From contig NC_086097.1 of NCBI RefSeq assembly GCF_963921235.1, positions 233,928,001 to 233,992,000 of the forward strand: a DNA stretch of 64,000 nucleotides, given 5' to 3'. This DNA is from Mobula hypostoma. Taxonomy: Eukaryota. Positions 12,940 to 24,275 of this stretch are shown in pieces. A program made the translations under genes and the position numbers. The notes under the pieces were generated by a model. It saw only the letters and a list, made by a program, of their open reading frames with translations. It ran no database searches and was not told the DNA's origin. Numbering within the stretch: the stretch's first letter is position 1; the number at the start of each line of letters is the position of its first letter.

Positions 12940-13640
12940 AGTTCAAAGTACATTTAATATTAAAGCCCGTATATGTCACATATACTACCTTGAGATTCGT
13001 TTTCTTGTGGGCATTCACAGTAGAACAAAGAAGTTCAAGATTCAAGATTGTTTGTTGTGATTCTTCAACACAGGATTGTAAATGAGAATGACATGATTGT
13101 CATTGGAGGGAAGGCTGGGGCGGGGTTCTGAGTTGGATGATCAGCCATGATCATAATAAATGGCGGTGCAGGCTCAAAGGGCCGAATGGCCTACTCCTGC
13201 ACCTATTTTCTATGTTTCTATGTTTCTATGTTATGGTGGATCCAATGGCACATAAAAAAACAACAATCGTAATGAACATAATAAAAACACAATAAATGTA
13301 TAACATTGGTTATATGCATAGAATACAATACGTTAAACACAATAGATCAATGAAAATCTACACACAAAGACTGACAAACATCCAATGAGCAAACGAAGAC
13401 AGTGTGTAAATAATAAATAAATAGCTGAGAACATGAGTTGTAGAGTCCTTGAACGTCAGTCTATGCTGTGGTAAGTAAAGTCACCCACGCTGGTTTAGAA
13501 GCCTGACAGTTGAAGGGTAATAACTTCCCTGAACCTGGTGCTGGGAGAACTACGGCCCATGTACCTCCTCGCCAATGCCAGCGGTGAGAAGTGAGCCTGG
13601 CCTGGATGGTAGGGTCCTTAATGATACATGTTGTGGTGGA
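12940..13640 (-). mobile_element. Nested Rex1/Babar 3' fragments
   Basis: (TTGAA)-type tails; IIKDPT motif at about 13620. Confidence 0.65.
13105..13230 (+). mobile_element. 126-bp 3' stub of the young CR1 subfamily
   Basis: Near-exact reverse complement of about 1950-2072. Confidence 0.95.
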
Positions 13641-13789
13641 GGATAATTGCGAATGCCATATTATATGCTGCTTATCAGCCAATGGTCTCTTTTTCACAAC
13701 TCTCAGCCTCCTGCCCCAGTTCATGAGGTTACTTCCAACTTAGTATTTATTGAGGTCATTCGGTATATGTAACGGGTTGCAAATGAACC

Positions 13790-14618
13790 TCAGGCGGGCA
13801 GGTTTGTTAGAGTTGATGGGAAGGGTTTAAACTAATTTGGCAAGGGGTGCCAACAGGAGTGAAGGGACTCAGGATAGGACAGATGATGAAAAAGCAGAGA
13901 TAACTTGCAGTCAAACTGTCATGAAGGGCAGGCAGATGTTAGGACAAAATTGCAACCAGCAGCGTGAGTATCACTCTATTAGGGATGCAGAATCATAAAG
14001 GGTAGCAAATATAGTACTCAAAGTGTTACATATCAATGCACGGAGTACAAGAAATAAAGTGGATAATCTTGTTGCACTATTACAGATTGTCAGGTATGAT
14101 GTTGTGGTCATCACTGAATTGTGGCTGAAGGTTGGTTGTAGTCAGAAGCTAAACATCCAAGGATATGCGTTGTGTCAGAGGGATAGGAAGATACACAGAG
14201 TAGGTGGCATCCTGGTAAAGAATGGCATCAAATCAGTAGAAAGATGTGATATAGGATCGGAAGATGTAGAACCTGTGTAAGTCGAGTTTAGGAAACTGCA
14301 AGGTAAAGGGACCCTGATGGCAGTTATATACAGGCTGCCCAACAGTAACTGGGATGTGGACTACAGCTTATAATGGAAAATAAAAAAGGCATGTCAAAAA
14401 GGCAATGTCATGATAGTCATGGGAGATTTCAATATGCAGTTCGATTGGGAAAATCAGGTTGGTAAAGGATCTCAAGAGAGTGAGTCTGCTGGATGCCTGT
14501 GAGGTTTCTTTTTGGAGGAGTTTGTAGTTGGGCCTACTAGGGATCAGCTATACTGGAATGGGTGTTATGCAAGGAACCAGAGGTGATTAGGGAGCTTAAA
14601 TTAAAAGAACCCTTAAGT
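13790..14618 (+). mobile_element. CR1 ORF1 end plus ORF2 endonuclease, decayed
   Basis: gggtttaaactaa ORF1 end; INARSTRNK...DVVVITELWL; IVMGDFN. Confidence 0.88.
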
Positions 14619-14619
14619 G

Positions 14620-14790
14620 CCCCCACACTTCTGGCATCAATATTGCATGCCCACAACTCACTAACTGCAACCTTATGTCCTTGGACTGTGGGAGGAAACC
14701 GGAGCACCCTGGGGAAACCCATGTGGTCACGGGGAGAACGTACAAACTCGTTACAGACAGCACCGGGAATTGAACCACTGTGCTACTGTG
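14620..14790 (-). mobile_element. HE1-like SINE
   Basis: tgtgggaggaaaccggagcacc...tacaaactc...gggaattgaacc. Confidence 0.85.
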
Positions 14791-14887
14791 TTGCCTTACA
14801 TTTGATGATAAATGGAGACTGAAGCTGATAGCTCTGAAATTGAGAATGTGAGAGAGACAAAGATGAATTTATACAAAGTTACAAGGA

Positions 14888-15480
14888 TAAGTTAAGTCAA
14901 GTTTATTGTCATTTAACTATACACTTGATATACATGTATACCATCAAATAAGACAGTATTTTTCCAAATCGGAGTGTAGAGCACTGCAGTGTATAGAACA
15001 TGCATAACACATAATAACTTATGAAAGTATGGATGGAATCTACAGATGGATTACATATAAATAAACTAACTAAGGTGCATAAATTAAATATTGTATCGTG
15101 CAGAGCAGATTAACCAGTGGCACTTTCAATATGATGCAGCAGGGAGTTCAGAAGCTTAAAGTGCTGAGGGAAGAAATTGTTTTCCATCCTGACCGTTCTT
15201 GCTTTTATGCTTTGGAGTCTCCTGCCTGATGGTAGAAAGTCAAAGAGGATGCTTGATGGATGGGTGGGATCCTTAATAATAGTAGGGGCCTTGCGTATGC
15301 AGCACTCCTGATAAACGCCCCTGATTGATAGTAGGGAGCCCCTATTATCCTCTTAGCCATTCTCACAGTCTTTTGTTAGGGACTTCTGGTCTGATACTCG
15401 GCTACCCCCATACCAGATGGAGATGTATCTTGTCAGGACACTCTCAGTGGTGCTTCTATTAAATTCCGTTAAGATGGCAG
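14888..15480 (-). mobile_element. Rex1/Babar 3' fragment
   Basis: Tail aagttaagtcaagtttattg; LPSGRR-like motif at about 15220. Confidence 0.7.
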
Positions 15481-16408
15481 ATACACAGATCCACAAGGAA
15501 GTTTGTATCTAAGAAAATTCCAAAAGTTTGAATTAGGAATCTCAATGATTGCTTGACAATTTATAAACAGCAGCAGAAACACTCTAGTTCTGATAAATTC
15601 TATTTGGATTTAGGAATCCATATTGCTACTGTTTCACCATCTAGGGCCCCCAGTTTGTTGAAGTTCTATTTGTGTTTACCAGTGCTATTGAAAACTGAGC
15701 ATTAAATTAAATTTATACTTCTCTAAAATATCTTGAGATGAATCATCAGCTTTAAAAATTGCAAATAAAAAAACAGAATACATTGTTTGAGAAACCTACT
15801 TAAGACCATTCACTGGACAGTCTTAAAGTTTTCTTTTTGGAGTACCTGCAAAAATCTCTGAATACGATGTCCCACGAAGAGAATAAGGTGGTTGTGTTTA
15901 TTATTTATAATGCTAGGCTGTCATTCTGCAGATATATTTGTATTCATTGCACTTACATGAGTTCCTTGAATTCATGGATCTACTGTAATAAATATTGTTA
16001 GACATTACTTCCTGGCTGTCTATTTCACTACTAATAGTCCTGAACCATTTTATACATCAGTGTTTATGGTCAGTAACCCAAATATTAAAATTATATTCAT
16101 TGTGCTTATGCCTGTGACCAAATCAGAGTTAACAAAAATCTAACTAACAATGGGTGTACATGTTTAAGATTCTAAGTCATTGTCATTTATTCTAATCATG
16201 ATTTCCTTCCTTCAAATACTGCTGCTGCTGCTAAATCACAAGCTTCCTTACTTTGAAATATTTTTAATGATTAAAAAGGGAAATAAACAGGAACAGCACC
16301 AGTAGCATGGTAAGAATGCATTATAATTGTGCACAAATAATATTGTTTCCATGAAAATATATCCAGTTCTTTACCATTTTATAACAAGTCAGCGGTGAAT
16401 TTCACACA

Positions 16409-18658
16409 TGTAGTCACGGTAGTCAATGCAGGGGTGCAGTGAGCCGTCTTTCTTCCCCACAAAGAAGAAACCTGCGCCTACAGTGGAAGATGAGGGTCGG
16501 ATAATGCCAGCCGCCAGAGAGTCATTCAGGTAAGCCTCCATTGCTTCCCTTTCTGGTCGGGACAGGTTGTACAGCCGACTGGTGGGTAGAGGGGCTCTGG
16601 GGAGAAGGTCAATTGCGCAATCGTAAGGGCGGTGTGGAGGCAGTGAAAGAGCCTGTTGTTTGCTAAACACTTCTCCCAGATTGTGATACTCTGCTGGAAC
16701 CTTGGATAAGTCGGGGGATTCAGAGGCAGACGAGGTCACGGTGACCTCCACTGGGGAAAGGGCTGATTGCAGACAAGTGGGTTTGCAGAACAAACTCCAG
16801 CTGACTATCCTCCCAGTGGACCAGTCAATATGGGGGTTATGACGGCTTAACCAGGGGTACCCAAGAACTATAGGAGCTTGAGGATAGGAAATTAAATTGA
16901 ATCACACCTGTTCCAGATGGTTCCTGGAGAGAAGGAGAGACAGGGATGGTGTGCAGTGTGTGACTCGGGCCAGTAGTTCACCGTCCAGTGCCTGGGCTTC
17001 CAGGGGGGCACTCAACGGCTCACGAGGAATTCCAGCCCGGAAAACTAAGTCTTCATCCAAAAGGTTTCCCTCAGCACCGGAGTCCACTAGTGCTGACAGA
17101 GGCAGGGACCATGGGTTGTAACGCAAAGTAGCTTGAAGCTGCAGCCGGGTTCGGGGAACAGAAGGGAATATTGTCTGGCTCACCAGGGTCCCCCTTTCAC
17201 CTGGTGAGCCTTCCCTTTTGGCCGAAGGGGACGGGTGGCATGGAAGTGGCCAGACTGGCTGCAATATAGACACTTATCCGCTTTCAGTCTCCGGAGTTGT
17301 TCAGTGGGAGAAAGGCGGTTCCGTCCCAGCTGCGTGGGTTCCTCTCCCGGGCGGTGGAAACGGCAGAGCTGGGAGCCACTCGGGGTGCAGGAGGAGGAGA
17401 GAGGCTTGTTCTGGCAGGAGGCGGTAATGAGTGCTGTGGAGTGGCCAAAGGTGGTGGACGACCAGTTCTGTCTCTATGGCATTCTCAGAGGTGATTGTCC
17501 AACCTGGTGACTATGGAGATCAGGGAATCCAGGCTGTCGGTGTTGTCTCTTGCCGCCAACTCGTCTTTCACCAGGTAGCTGAGTCCATTCCAAAATACCC
17601 CTTGGAGTGCCTCATCGTTCCACCCCAAGTCGGCCACTAACGTCCGGAACTCCACGGAATAATCGGCAACACTGCGTGAGCCCTGGCGGAGAGTGAGTAA
17701 ACGCTTGGCGGTGTATTTACCACGGACTGTGTGGTCAGAAATCTTTCTCATTTCCGCGATAAAGGTGATGAAAGAGGAGCAGATATCCGGTTGGTTATCC
17801 CAAACAGCTGTGGCTCACGCTAAGGCACTTCCCCGCAACAACCACATGATGTAAGCAATCTTTGACTTATCCGTGGAGTGCGTGGACGACTGCTGTTCGA
17901 ACACGAAGGAGCACTGAAGAAGGAAGGCCCGGCACTCCCCCAAATCCCCAGTGTAGTGTTCCGGTTCAGGTACGTGAGGGTCTGTTGGCGAGGGTGTTGC
18001 TGGCATGTAGGGGGTTGCCACTACAGGCTGTCTGGTCTGGTTAGACAGGGTTCCAGGAGTGGATGGGGTAAAGTGGGTGGATACACGGTCCACCTGGTCA
18101 CCGATCTTCATTACGTCAGCAGACAGGGAACAGAGATTCTCCTTGATCTCCCAGAGGAGTTGGTCGTGCAGACCCAGTACGGAACCCTGGCTGGCGAGGG
18201 CTTGTTGAAGTGGATTCGTGTCTGTTGGGTCCATAGTGGCCAGATCATTCTGAGGCAATGAATGAGGAAAACCCAAGTGCAGGACACAGGCATGGAAATT
18301 TAGTTAGGATGCTGATGCGGGCGTGAGCGTTGAACGGCAAACAGGAGGGAGAGCAGGAAGACAGGAGACAGGCAGAATTTATCTTGACACGGAGAGACTG
18401 GGTTTCACAGGTAAATCTTGGTACTGAAGCAAAATTTAGGACAGACAATCCTAAGCAGCCGGGAAGCACACTGGCAAAACCAACAATCTTGCAACTAGTG
18501 GGTGCAAACCCGGGCTTCTTATGCTGCAGGTCTTGGTGAAAACCAGGTGTGCAGTCATCAAAGGGAATTAGGAGAAAATGGGGAATTAACGGTCGGAACC
18601 ATGGCACAATCAAGGGGAATTAGGAGAAAATGAGGAATTAATGGTCGGGACTGTGACA
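16409..18658 (-). mobile_element. Gypsy (sushi-like) LTR retrotransposon: 5' LTR (18251-18658), gag, protease and start of RT; 3'-truncated, with stops
   Basis: gag MDPTD...PEPEHYTGD...LRQGSRSVADYSVEFR; decayed zinc knuckle CLYCSQSGH; protease [17 protein letters not shown]...[21 protein letters not shown]. Confidence 0.95.
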
Positions 18659-18885
18659 CTCAGAGGGTCATGAATGTGTGGAATGAGCTGCCAGCACAAT
18701 TAGTGCATGTGAACTCGATTTCAATGGTTAAAAGAAGTTTGGATAGGTACTTGGATGGGAGGGGAATGGAGGGCTATGGTCCTGGTGCAGGTCGGTGGGA
18801 GCTGGCAGTTTAAATGTTTCAGCATGGACTAGATGGGCCAAAGGGCCTGTTTCTGTGCTGTTCCTTTCTGTGACTCTATGACTCG
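18659..18885 (+). mobile_element. CR1 3' fragment
   Basis: TQRV-NVWNELP coding remnant; gggccaaagggcctgtttctgtgctg tail. Confidence 0.85.
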
Positions 18886-18887
18886 TA

Positions 18888-18990
18888 GAGCCTGTGTGCC
18901 TGTGTCCTGCGCTTGGGTTCGCCTCATTCATTGCAACAGAACGATCTGGCCACTATGGACCCAGCGGACACGAATACCTTTCAACAAGGC
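18888..18990 (+). mobile_element. Inverted fragment of the same Gypsy family (LTR end, leader, gag start)
   Basis: cattcattgcaacagaacgatctggccactatggacccagc matches reverse complement of about 18195-18290. Confidence 0.9.
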
Positions 18991-19079
18991 AGTGGCCTTT
19001 CAGAAACAGTAATCTCGGATATTTTCAAGGAATTCATTGTTTAAAGAATATTTTGTTTCAACCACATAAGGTATCAGCA

Positions 19080-19259
19080 AACAAGAGAAAATCTGCAGAT
19101 GCTGGAAATCCAGGCAACATATGGAAAGAGTACAGTCAACATTTCGGGCCGAGACACTTCAGCAGGACTGCTAAAGGGTCTCAGCCTAAAACATCGACTA
19201 TATTCTTTTCCATAGATGCTGCCTGACTTTCTGAGTTCCTCCAGCACTTTGTGTATATG
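19080..19259. mobile_element. Palindromic Penelope-derived element with degenerate hammerhead motifs and 13-bp TSD
   Basis: Imperfect inverted arms centred near 19166; TSD taaggt(a/t)tcagca at 19067-19079 and 19260-19272. Confidence 0.85.
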
Positions 19260-19569
19260 TAAGGTTTCAGCAGTTATATTTCTTGCACTATTAGAATATA
19301 TTCTAGCAGGTCTGAACTTAAATCCATTCACTGGACAGTCTAAAAGTTTTTTCGTATTTGAGGAAGTTCTCTGTATTTTAAGTATCATTTATCCTCTGGG
19401 AATTGTTGGTCAAAAAGTTTACCAATAATAATAGGAGGAAGGTGATACAGTCCTCCCAGGAGGCCGATGGAATTTACAAGGATAGATGCTACAAAAGGAA
19501 TATCTTCTTTGTTCATGCAGGCACACGAAAAAATGTTGTCAGAATGGTTTCCACAAGGTAACACGTGTT

Positions 19570-20558
19570 CTCTCTGAATGCCTCCCTCTGCAGTTGGATC
19601 CTTTGTTTCCTCATTGGGAGAATGCAGACAGTGGAGATCAGAAATAGCAATCCCTTACTCACTGTGCTTAGCCCACTGCTCTTCTCTTTCTACCCTCATG
19701 ACTCTGTGGCTAGGCACAACTCAAACATCATTTATAAACTTGCCAATGACACTGCTGTTGTTGGCAGAATCTCATAAGGCGAAGAGGAGGCATGCAGGAG
19801 CGCGGTAAATCAGCTGATTGAGTGATGTTGCAACAATGACCTTACACTCAATATCGGCAAGAACAAGGAATTGATTGTAGACTTCTGGAAGGGCAAATGG
19901 AGGGAACACAGAACGATTCTTATTGATGGGTCAGCAGTGGAAAGACTGAGCAGTTTCAAGATACAGGGTGACATCAATTTCAGATGATCTATCCTGTGCC
20001 CAAGCCATTGATGCAATCACAAAGAAGACACAACAGTGGCTAGACTTCATTAGAAGTCTGAAGAGATTTGCTGTGTCACCAAACACTTGAGGACATTTCT
20101 ACAAATGTACATGGAGAGCATTCTGACTGTCTACATCACTGGCCAGTATAGAGGCTCCAATGCACAGGATCGAATGAGGCTGCAGAGGTTTGTAAACTTA
20201 GCCAGCTCCATTATGAACACTAGTAGACACTCCCAGCCCACCCCACTCTCAAGGACATCTTCAACAGGCAATGACTCAAGATGGCAGCATCCATCGTCAC
20301 CACCAAGGTCATGCCCTCTTCTCATCACTATCCTCAGTAAGCTTGAAGATCCACACTCAAGGAATAGCATCTTCACCTCCATAATCAGATTTCTGAATGG
20401 CCCATTCATCCATGAATAGTTCCCCATTATTCTTCTTTTTCACTATTTACTTATTTGTAATTTGAAGTAATTTTTGCATGACTTGCCCAGCAGTGCTGCC
20501 GCAAGACAACAAATTTTACGACATATGTCGGCAATAATAAACCTGATTCTGATTCTGA
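19570..20558 (+). mobile_element. Rex1/Babar LINE, decayed RT 3' part
   Basis: LCSWIL-FL, VLSPLLFSFYPHD, KLANDT; (ATTCTG)n tail. Confidence 0.9.
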
Positions 20559-21789
20559 TGGTTGTATAGGTGAAACCAGTAAAATGCATGGTCTGGCAAT
20601 TTCTAGGTTATTGTGCTTGTGAAGGTTGAAAGCTGAGAAAGTGAAGTTTACTGCGGCAGGCCACAACATGTGCCACAGAGATTCCACTGTCCATTGTATA
20701 TCCAACTGGATTTAACATTCCTTTGAAATGACAGGAAAAGAGCAACGAGCAGCAGCTTTACAGGTGCTAAGATGGGATTTCAACACTCTGTGTCCTTTTT
20801 TCTGTGTCAAGGTTTAGAAAAACATCACTTTGTAAACTCTTCCACAGAGCAGCAGTCTAAAACCAGACTGACCTCAGAAAGAAATGAAAATGGTTTCAGG
20901 TAAATGAATTTTTATGTGGTTTGAACCTGCCTATGCATAATCTTTGGAAATGAAAGCATTGAACCTGTTGCATAAAAAAGGAAAAGAAATTGTGTAAACT
21001 CCTCAGACAGTTGATGGTGTGAAGTGAAGGACATGTATGCCTTAAAATATTGTACCAGATATGCACTTATAAGTGGAAATTATGAAGTTTACCATTTATT
21101 ATTTCTATTTATACATGACCTTATACTATTGTGCGACTTAACACATTCCTCAGCAGGTTTAGATGAGGAACTAATGATGTTCTCACTCCTGCCTCTGGAG
21201 AGATGAGCTTCTGTGCTTTGCTCGAGATTTGCTGCTTGGCCTTTTGGCATCTGGCTGGAATTCATTTCAATTTTCAACTTGCTCTATTTGCATTTTGCTG
21301 ATCTGTTGAGATTGCAAATGCATTTTTAGCAGGCTGTTGGATTCCCAAGTATTTTTGAATGGTGCTTAACTTTCAAATGAGGAAGGTCTATTCTGAGGCT
21401 CATCCCTATGGTTTGAATCACAATTGCATTGTCTCCTTTGACTTGAGCAAGTTTCATTTTCTGTGAACAGGCTTCCTTCTGTTGCCAAGTTACTCGCACA
21501 GAAAAGTCGCTCATTTACATGCAGAAGCTATTTTAAATCGCTCTTACCAAAATGTTATCCAAGTGGACAGTTATACATAGCAATCCAAAATGCCTTTCTC
21601 TGACTGTGACCTGAAGAAGCCTGACGTGAACATGCTCAGTTTTTAAAACATGATATCTTCCACTGATATGTAATAGCTGCAGTAAAAATATCAAGACCTT
21701 TAAGTGAAGCAAAATCAAAGAAAAATATATTGGATGAATGGGTTTATTATTATCACAAGTAATTTATTTTTATCAATGAGTTTATTAGA

Positions 21790-22300
21790 CCTTATCTTGA
21801 ATGCCTGGAAACTGAACCTTCTTGAACAACCTCCCATGCGGGACCTTGCCAAATGCCTTACTGAAGTCCATGCAGACAACATCCACTGCCTTGCCTTCAT
21901 CCACTTTCCTGGTAACATCCTTGAAAAGCTCTAGATGATTAATTAGACATGACCTACCACACACAAAGCAATTCTGACTATCTCTAATCCATCACTGAGG
22001 TTGTGTGAGACTAAACTAGAGTTCACAGGTAAGGGTGAGAGGTGAAATGTTTAAGGTGAACATGAGGGGAAACTTTTTCACTCAGAGACTGGTGAGAGTG
22101 TGGAACGAGCAACTAGCATAAGTGGAGGATGTGATTTTGATTTCACTATTCAAGAGAAGTTTGGATAGGTACATGGGTGGGAGGGGTATGGAGGGCTTTG
22201 GTCTGGGTGCCGGTTAATGGATCTAGGCAGTTTAAATGGTTTGGCATGGTCTGGATGGGCCAAAGGGCCTGTTTCTATGGTGTAATTTTCTATGACTATG
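21790..22300. mobile_element. CR1: minus-strand RT piece (to about 21990) joined to plus-strand 3' end
   Basis: Minus VDVVCMDFSKAFGKVPHGR; plus FFTQRLVRVWNE and ctatga tail. Confidence 0.8.
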
Positions 22301-23005
22301 TAAAGTGAAAAATGTTGCTCTTCATGCAGATCACTTCATTACATCAGTGTATAGAGGTAGTACAAGGGAAAACAATAACATAATGTAGAATAATTTTTAG
22401 GCATCCGTTAGTGTCATGAGACCATGGATTTGTGCCTTGGAAGGTTTCCAGGGTGCAGGCCTGGGCAAGGTTGAATGGAAGACCAGCAGTTGCCCATGCT
22501 GCAAGTCTCCCCTCTCCACACCACCGATGTTGTCCAAGGGAAGGGCATTAAGACCCATACAGCTTGGCACCGGTGTCGTCGCAGAGCAATTGTGGTTAAG
22601 TGCCTTGCTCAAGGACACAACACACTGCCTCAGCCAAGGCTCAAACTAGCGACCTGCAGATCACTAGATGAACGCCTTAACCATTTGGCCAATGTAGAAT
22701 AACGTGTTACAGTTACAGACAAAGTGCAGTGCAGGGAGGCAATAAGGTGTAAAGCATTACTAAGTTAGATTGTAAGTTCAAGAATGCATATTAGTGTTCT
22801 AAGGGATAATAAGTATTATAACAGCAGGATAGCAGCTGTCATTTAGCCTAGTGGTATGTCCTTTCAGGTTTTTGTATCTTCTTCACAATGGGAGGTAAGG
22901 TAAAAGGATTTGCCTGAGATGGCTGGGCTGTTTGATCATGTTGACTACGTTATTGAGGCAGTGAGAAGTGTTTGCAAAGTCTAAGAAGAGGAGGTTGGCT
23001 TCTGT
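22300..23005 (-). mobile_element. Rex1/Babar 3' fragment, split by a SINE
   Basis: AT-rich 3' UTR and decayed C-terminal coding remnant. Confidence 0.6.
22394..22690 (-). mobile_element. tRNA-derived SINE with 12-bp TSD
   Basis: Reverse complement of 38975-39276; TSD aatgtagaataa at 22382-22393 and 22691-22702. Confidence 0.92.
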
Positions 23006-23011
23006 GAAAAA

Positions 23012-23270
23012 GACATAAGACCACAAGACATAGGAGCAGAATAAGGCCATTCAACCCATCCAGTCTGCTCCACCATTCCTCCCCATGGTTGAATTTTTTT
23101 TATCCATCTCAACCCCATTATCCTCCCTTCTACCCATAACATTTGATGCCTTGATTAATCAAGAGCCTATCAACCTACACCAAATTTACTCAATGAATTG
23201 ACCTGCACAACCATCAATGGCAATGAATTCCACAGATTTACCTCCTCTAGCTGAAGAAATTCCTCCTCAA
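23012..23270 (-). mobile_element. CR1 3' fragment
   Basis: cataggagcagaataaggccattc tail; gaattccacagatt. Confidence 0.85.
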
Positions 23271-23342
23271 TGCACTGATTTAATGAAGTGGCCCAGTTCT
23301 GTCCTTAATCTTGCCAAGTACTCGCTTTTGATCACCTATATA

Positions 23343-23835
23343 TAACCATATAATCATTACAGCACATAAACAGGCCATCTCGGCCCTTCTAGTCCGTGCC
23401 AAACTCTTACTCTCACCTAGTCCCACCGACCTGCACTCAGCCCACAAACCTCCATTCCTTTCCTGTCCATATACCTATCCAATTTTTCTTTAAATGATAA
23501 TATTGAACCTGCCTCTACCACTTCTCCTGGAAGCTCCTTCCACACAGCCACCACTCTCTGACTAAGGAAGTTCCCCCTAAACTTTTGCCCTTCAACTCTC
23601 AACTCATGTCCTCTTGATTGAATCTCCCCCACTCTCAATGGAAAAAGCCTATTCACGTCAACTCTATCTATCCCCCTCATAATTTTAAATCCCTCTATCA
23701 AGTCGTCCCTCAACCTTCTACACTCCAAAGAATAAAGACCCAACTTGTTCAACCTTCCTCTATAACTTAGGTGATGAAACCCAGGTAACATTCGAGTAAA
23801 TCATCTCTGTACTCTCTATATTTTGTTGATATCTG
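23343..23835 (-). mobile_element. CR1 3' fragment (same subfamily as 61672-63570)
   Basis: LGLYSLE-RRLR-DLIE...WKELP. Confidence 0.92.
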
Positions 23836-24161
23836 TTAGTCCCTCACTAGGACTGCTTGTCCAGGAGTGAAATTTGAACCTCCTCCTTTGAAGAGCTCTC
23901 AATTTGTGTCAGCTATTTTCCCTACATATTCCTTCTAAGATTTAGTTTGAGGAGATCCAAGTGGGAATGCAAGGAATGACCCCGGAACAACATAGCCAGC
24001 GAGTTATTGGTTGTGGAGGGTGCTGTATTGCGATATGCAATGAGGAAATTGGTGAGCTTCTGATTCAGTGTCAACGCGGTGTGTTCTTTCTTGAGAATCT
24101 GGATAAAACTTTCTGTCAAGTCATTTGTAGCTGGGTAGTACAGTGCAGATGTAATATGTCT

Positions 24162-24275
24162 GGACTAGACATGCCCAGGCATCATCTCTGAAGAAGATGG
24201 CACATTTTGTCATCGAAATGTTGGTTATAATCCATACCTGTACCTGTCTGGAAGCCCGAGAAGAGTTTATTCGTC
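24162..24275 (+). mobile_element. Penelope pLTR stub with hammerhead motif, inserted in Gypsy integrase
   Basis: CTGAAGA-A-GATGGCA-cattt-TGTCATC-GAAA (24188-24218); removing the segment restores the host NGIRHITSA coding sequence. Confidence 0.75.

Noticed and set aside
15798..15832. Hairpin as an iron-responsive element or miR-499-like miRNA
   Set aside because: The CAGUG loop lacks the C bulge and 5-bp upper stem; the miRNA likeness is partial and spans the loop of a hairpin too short for a pre-miRNA.
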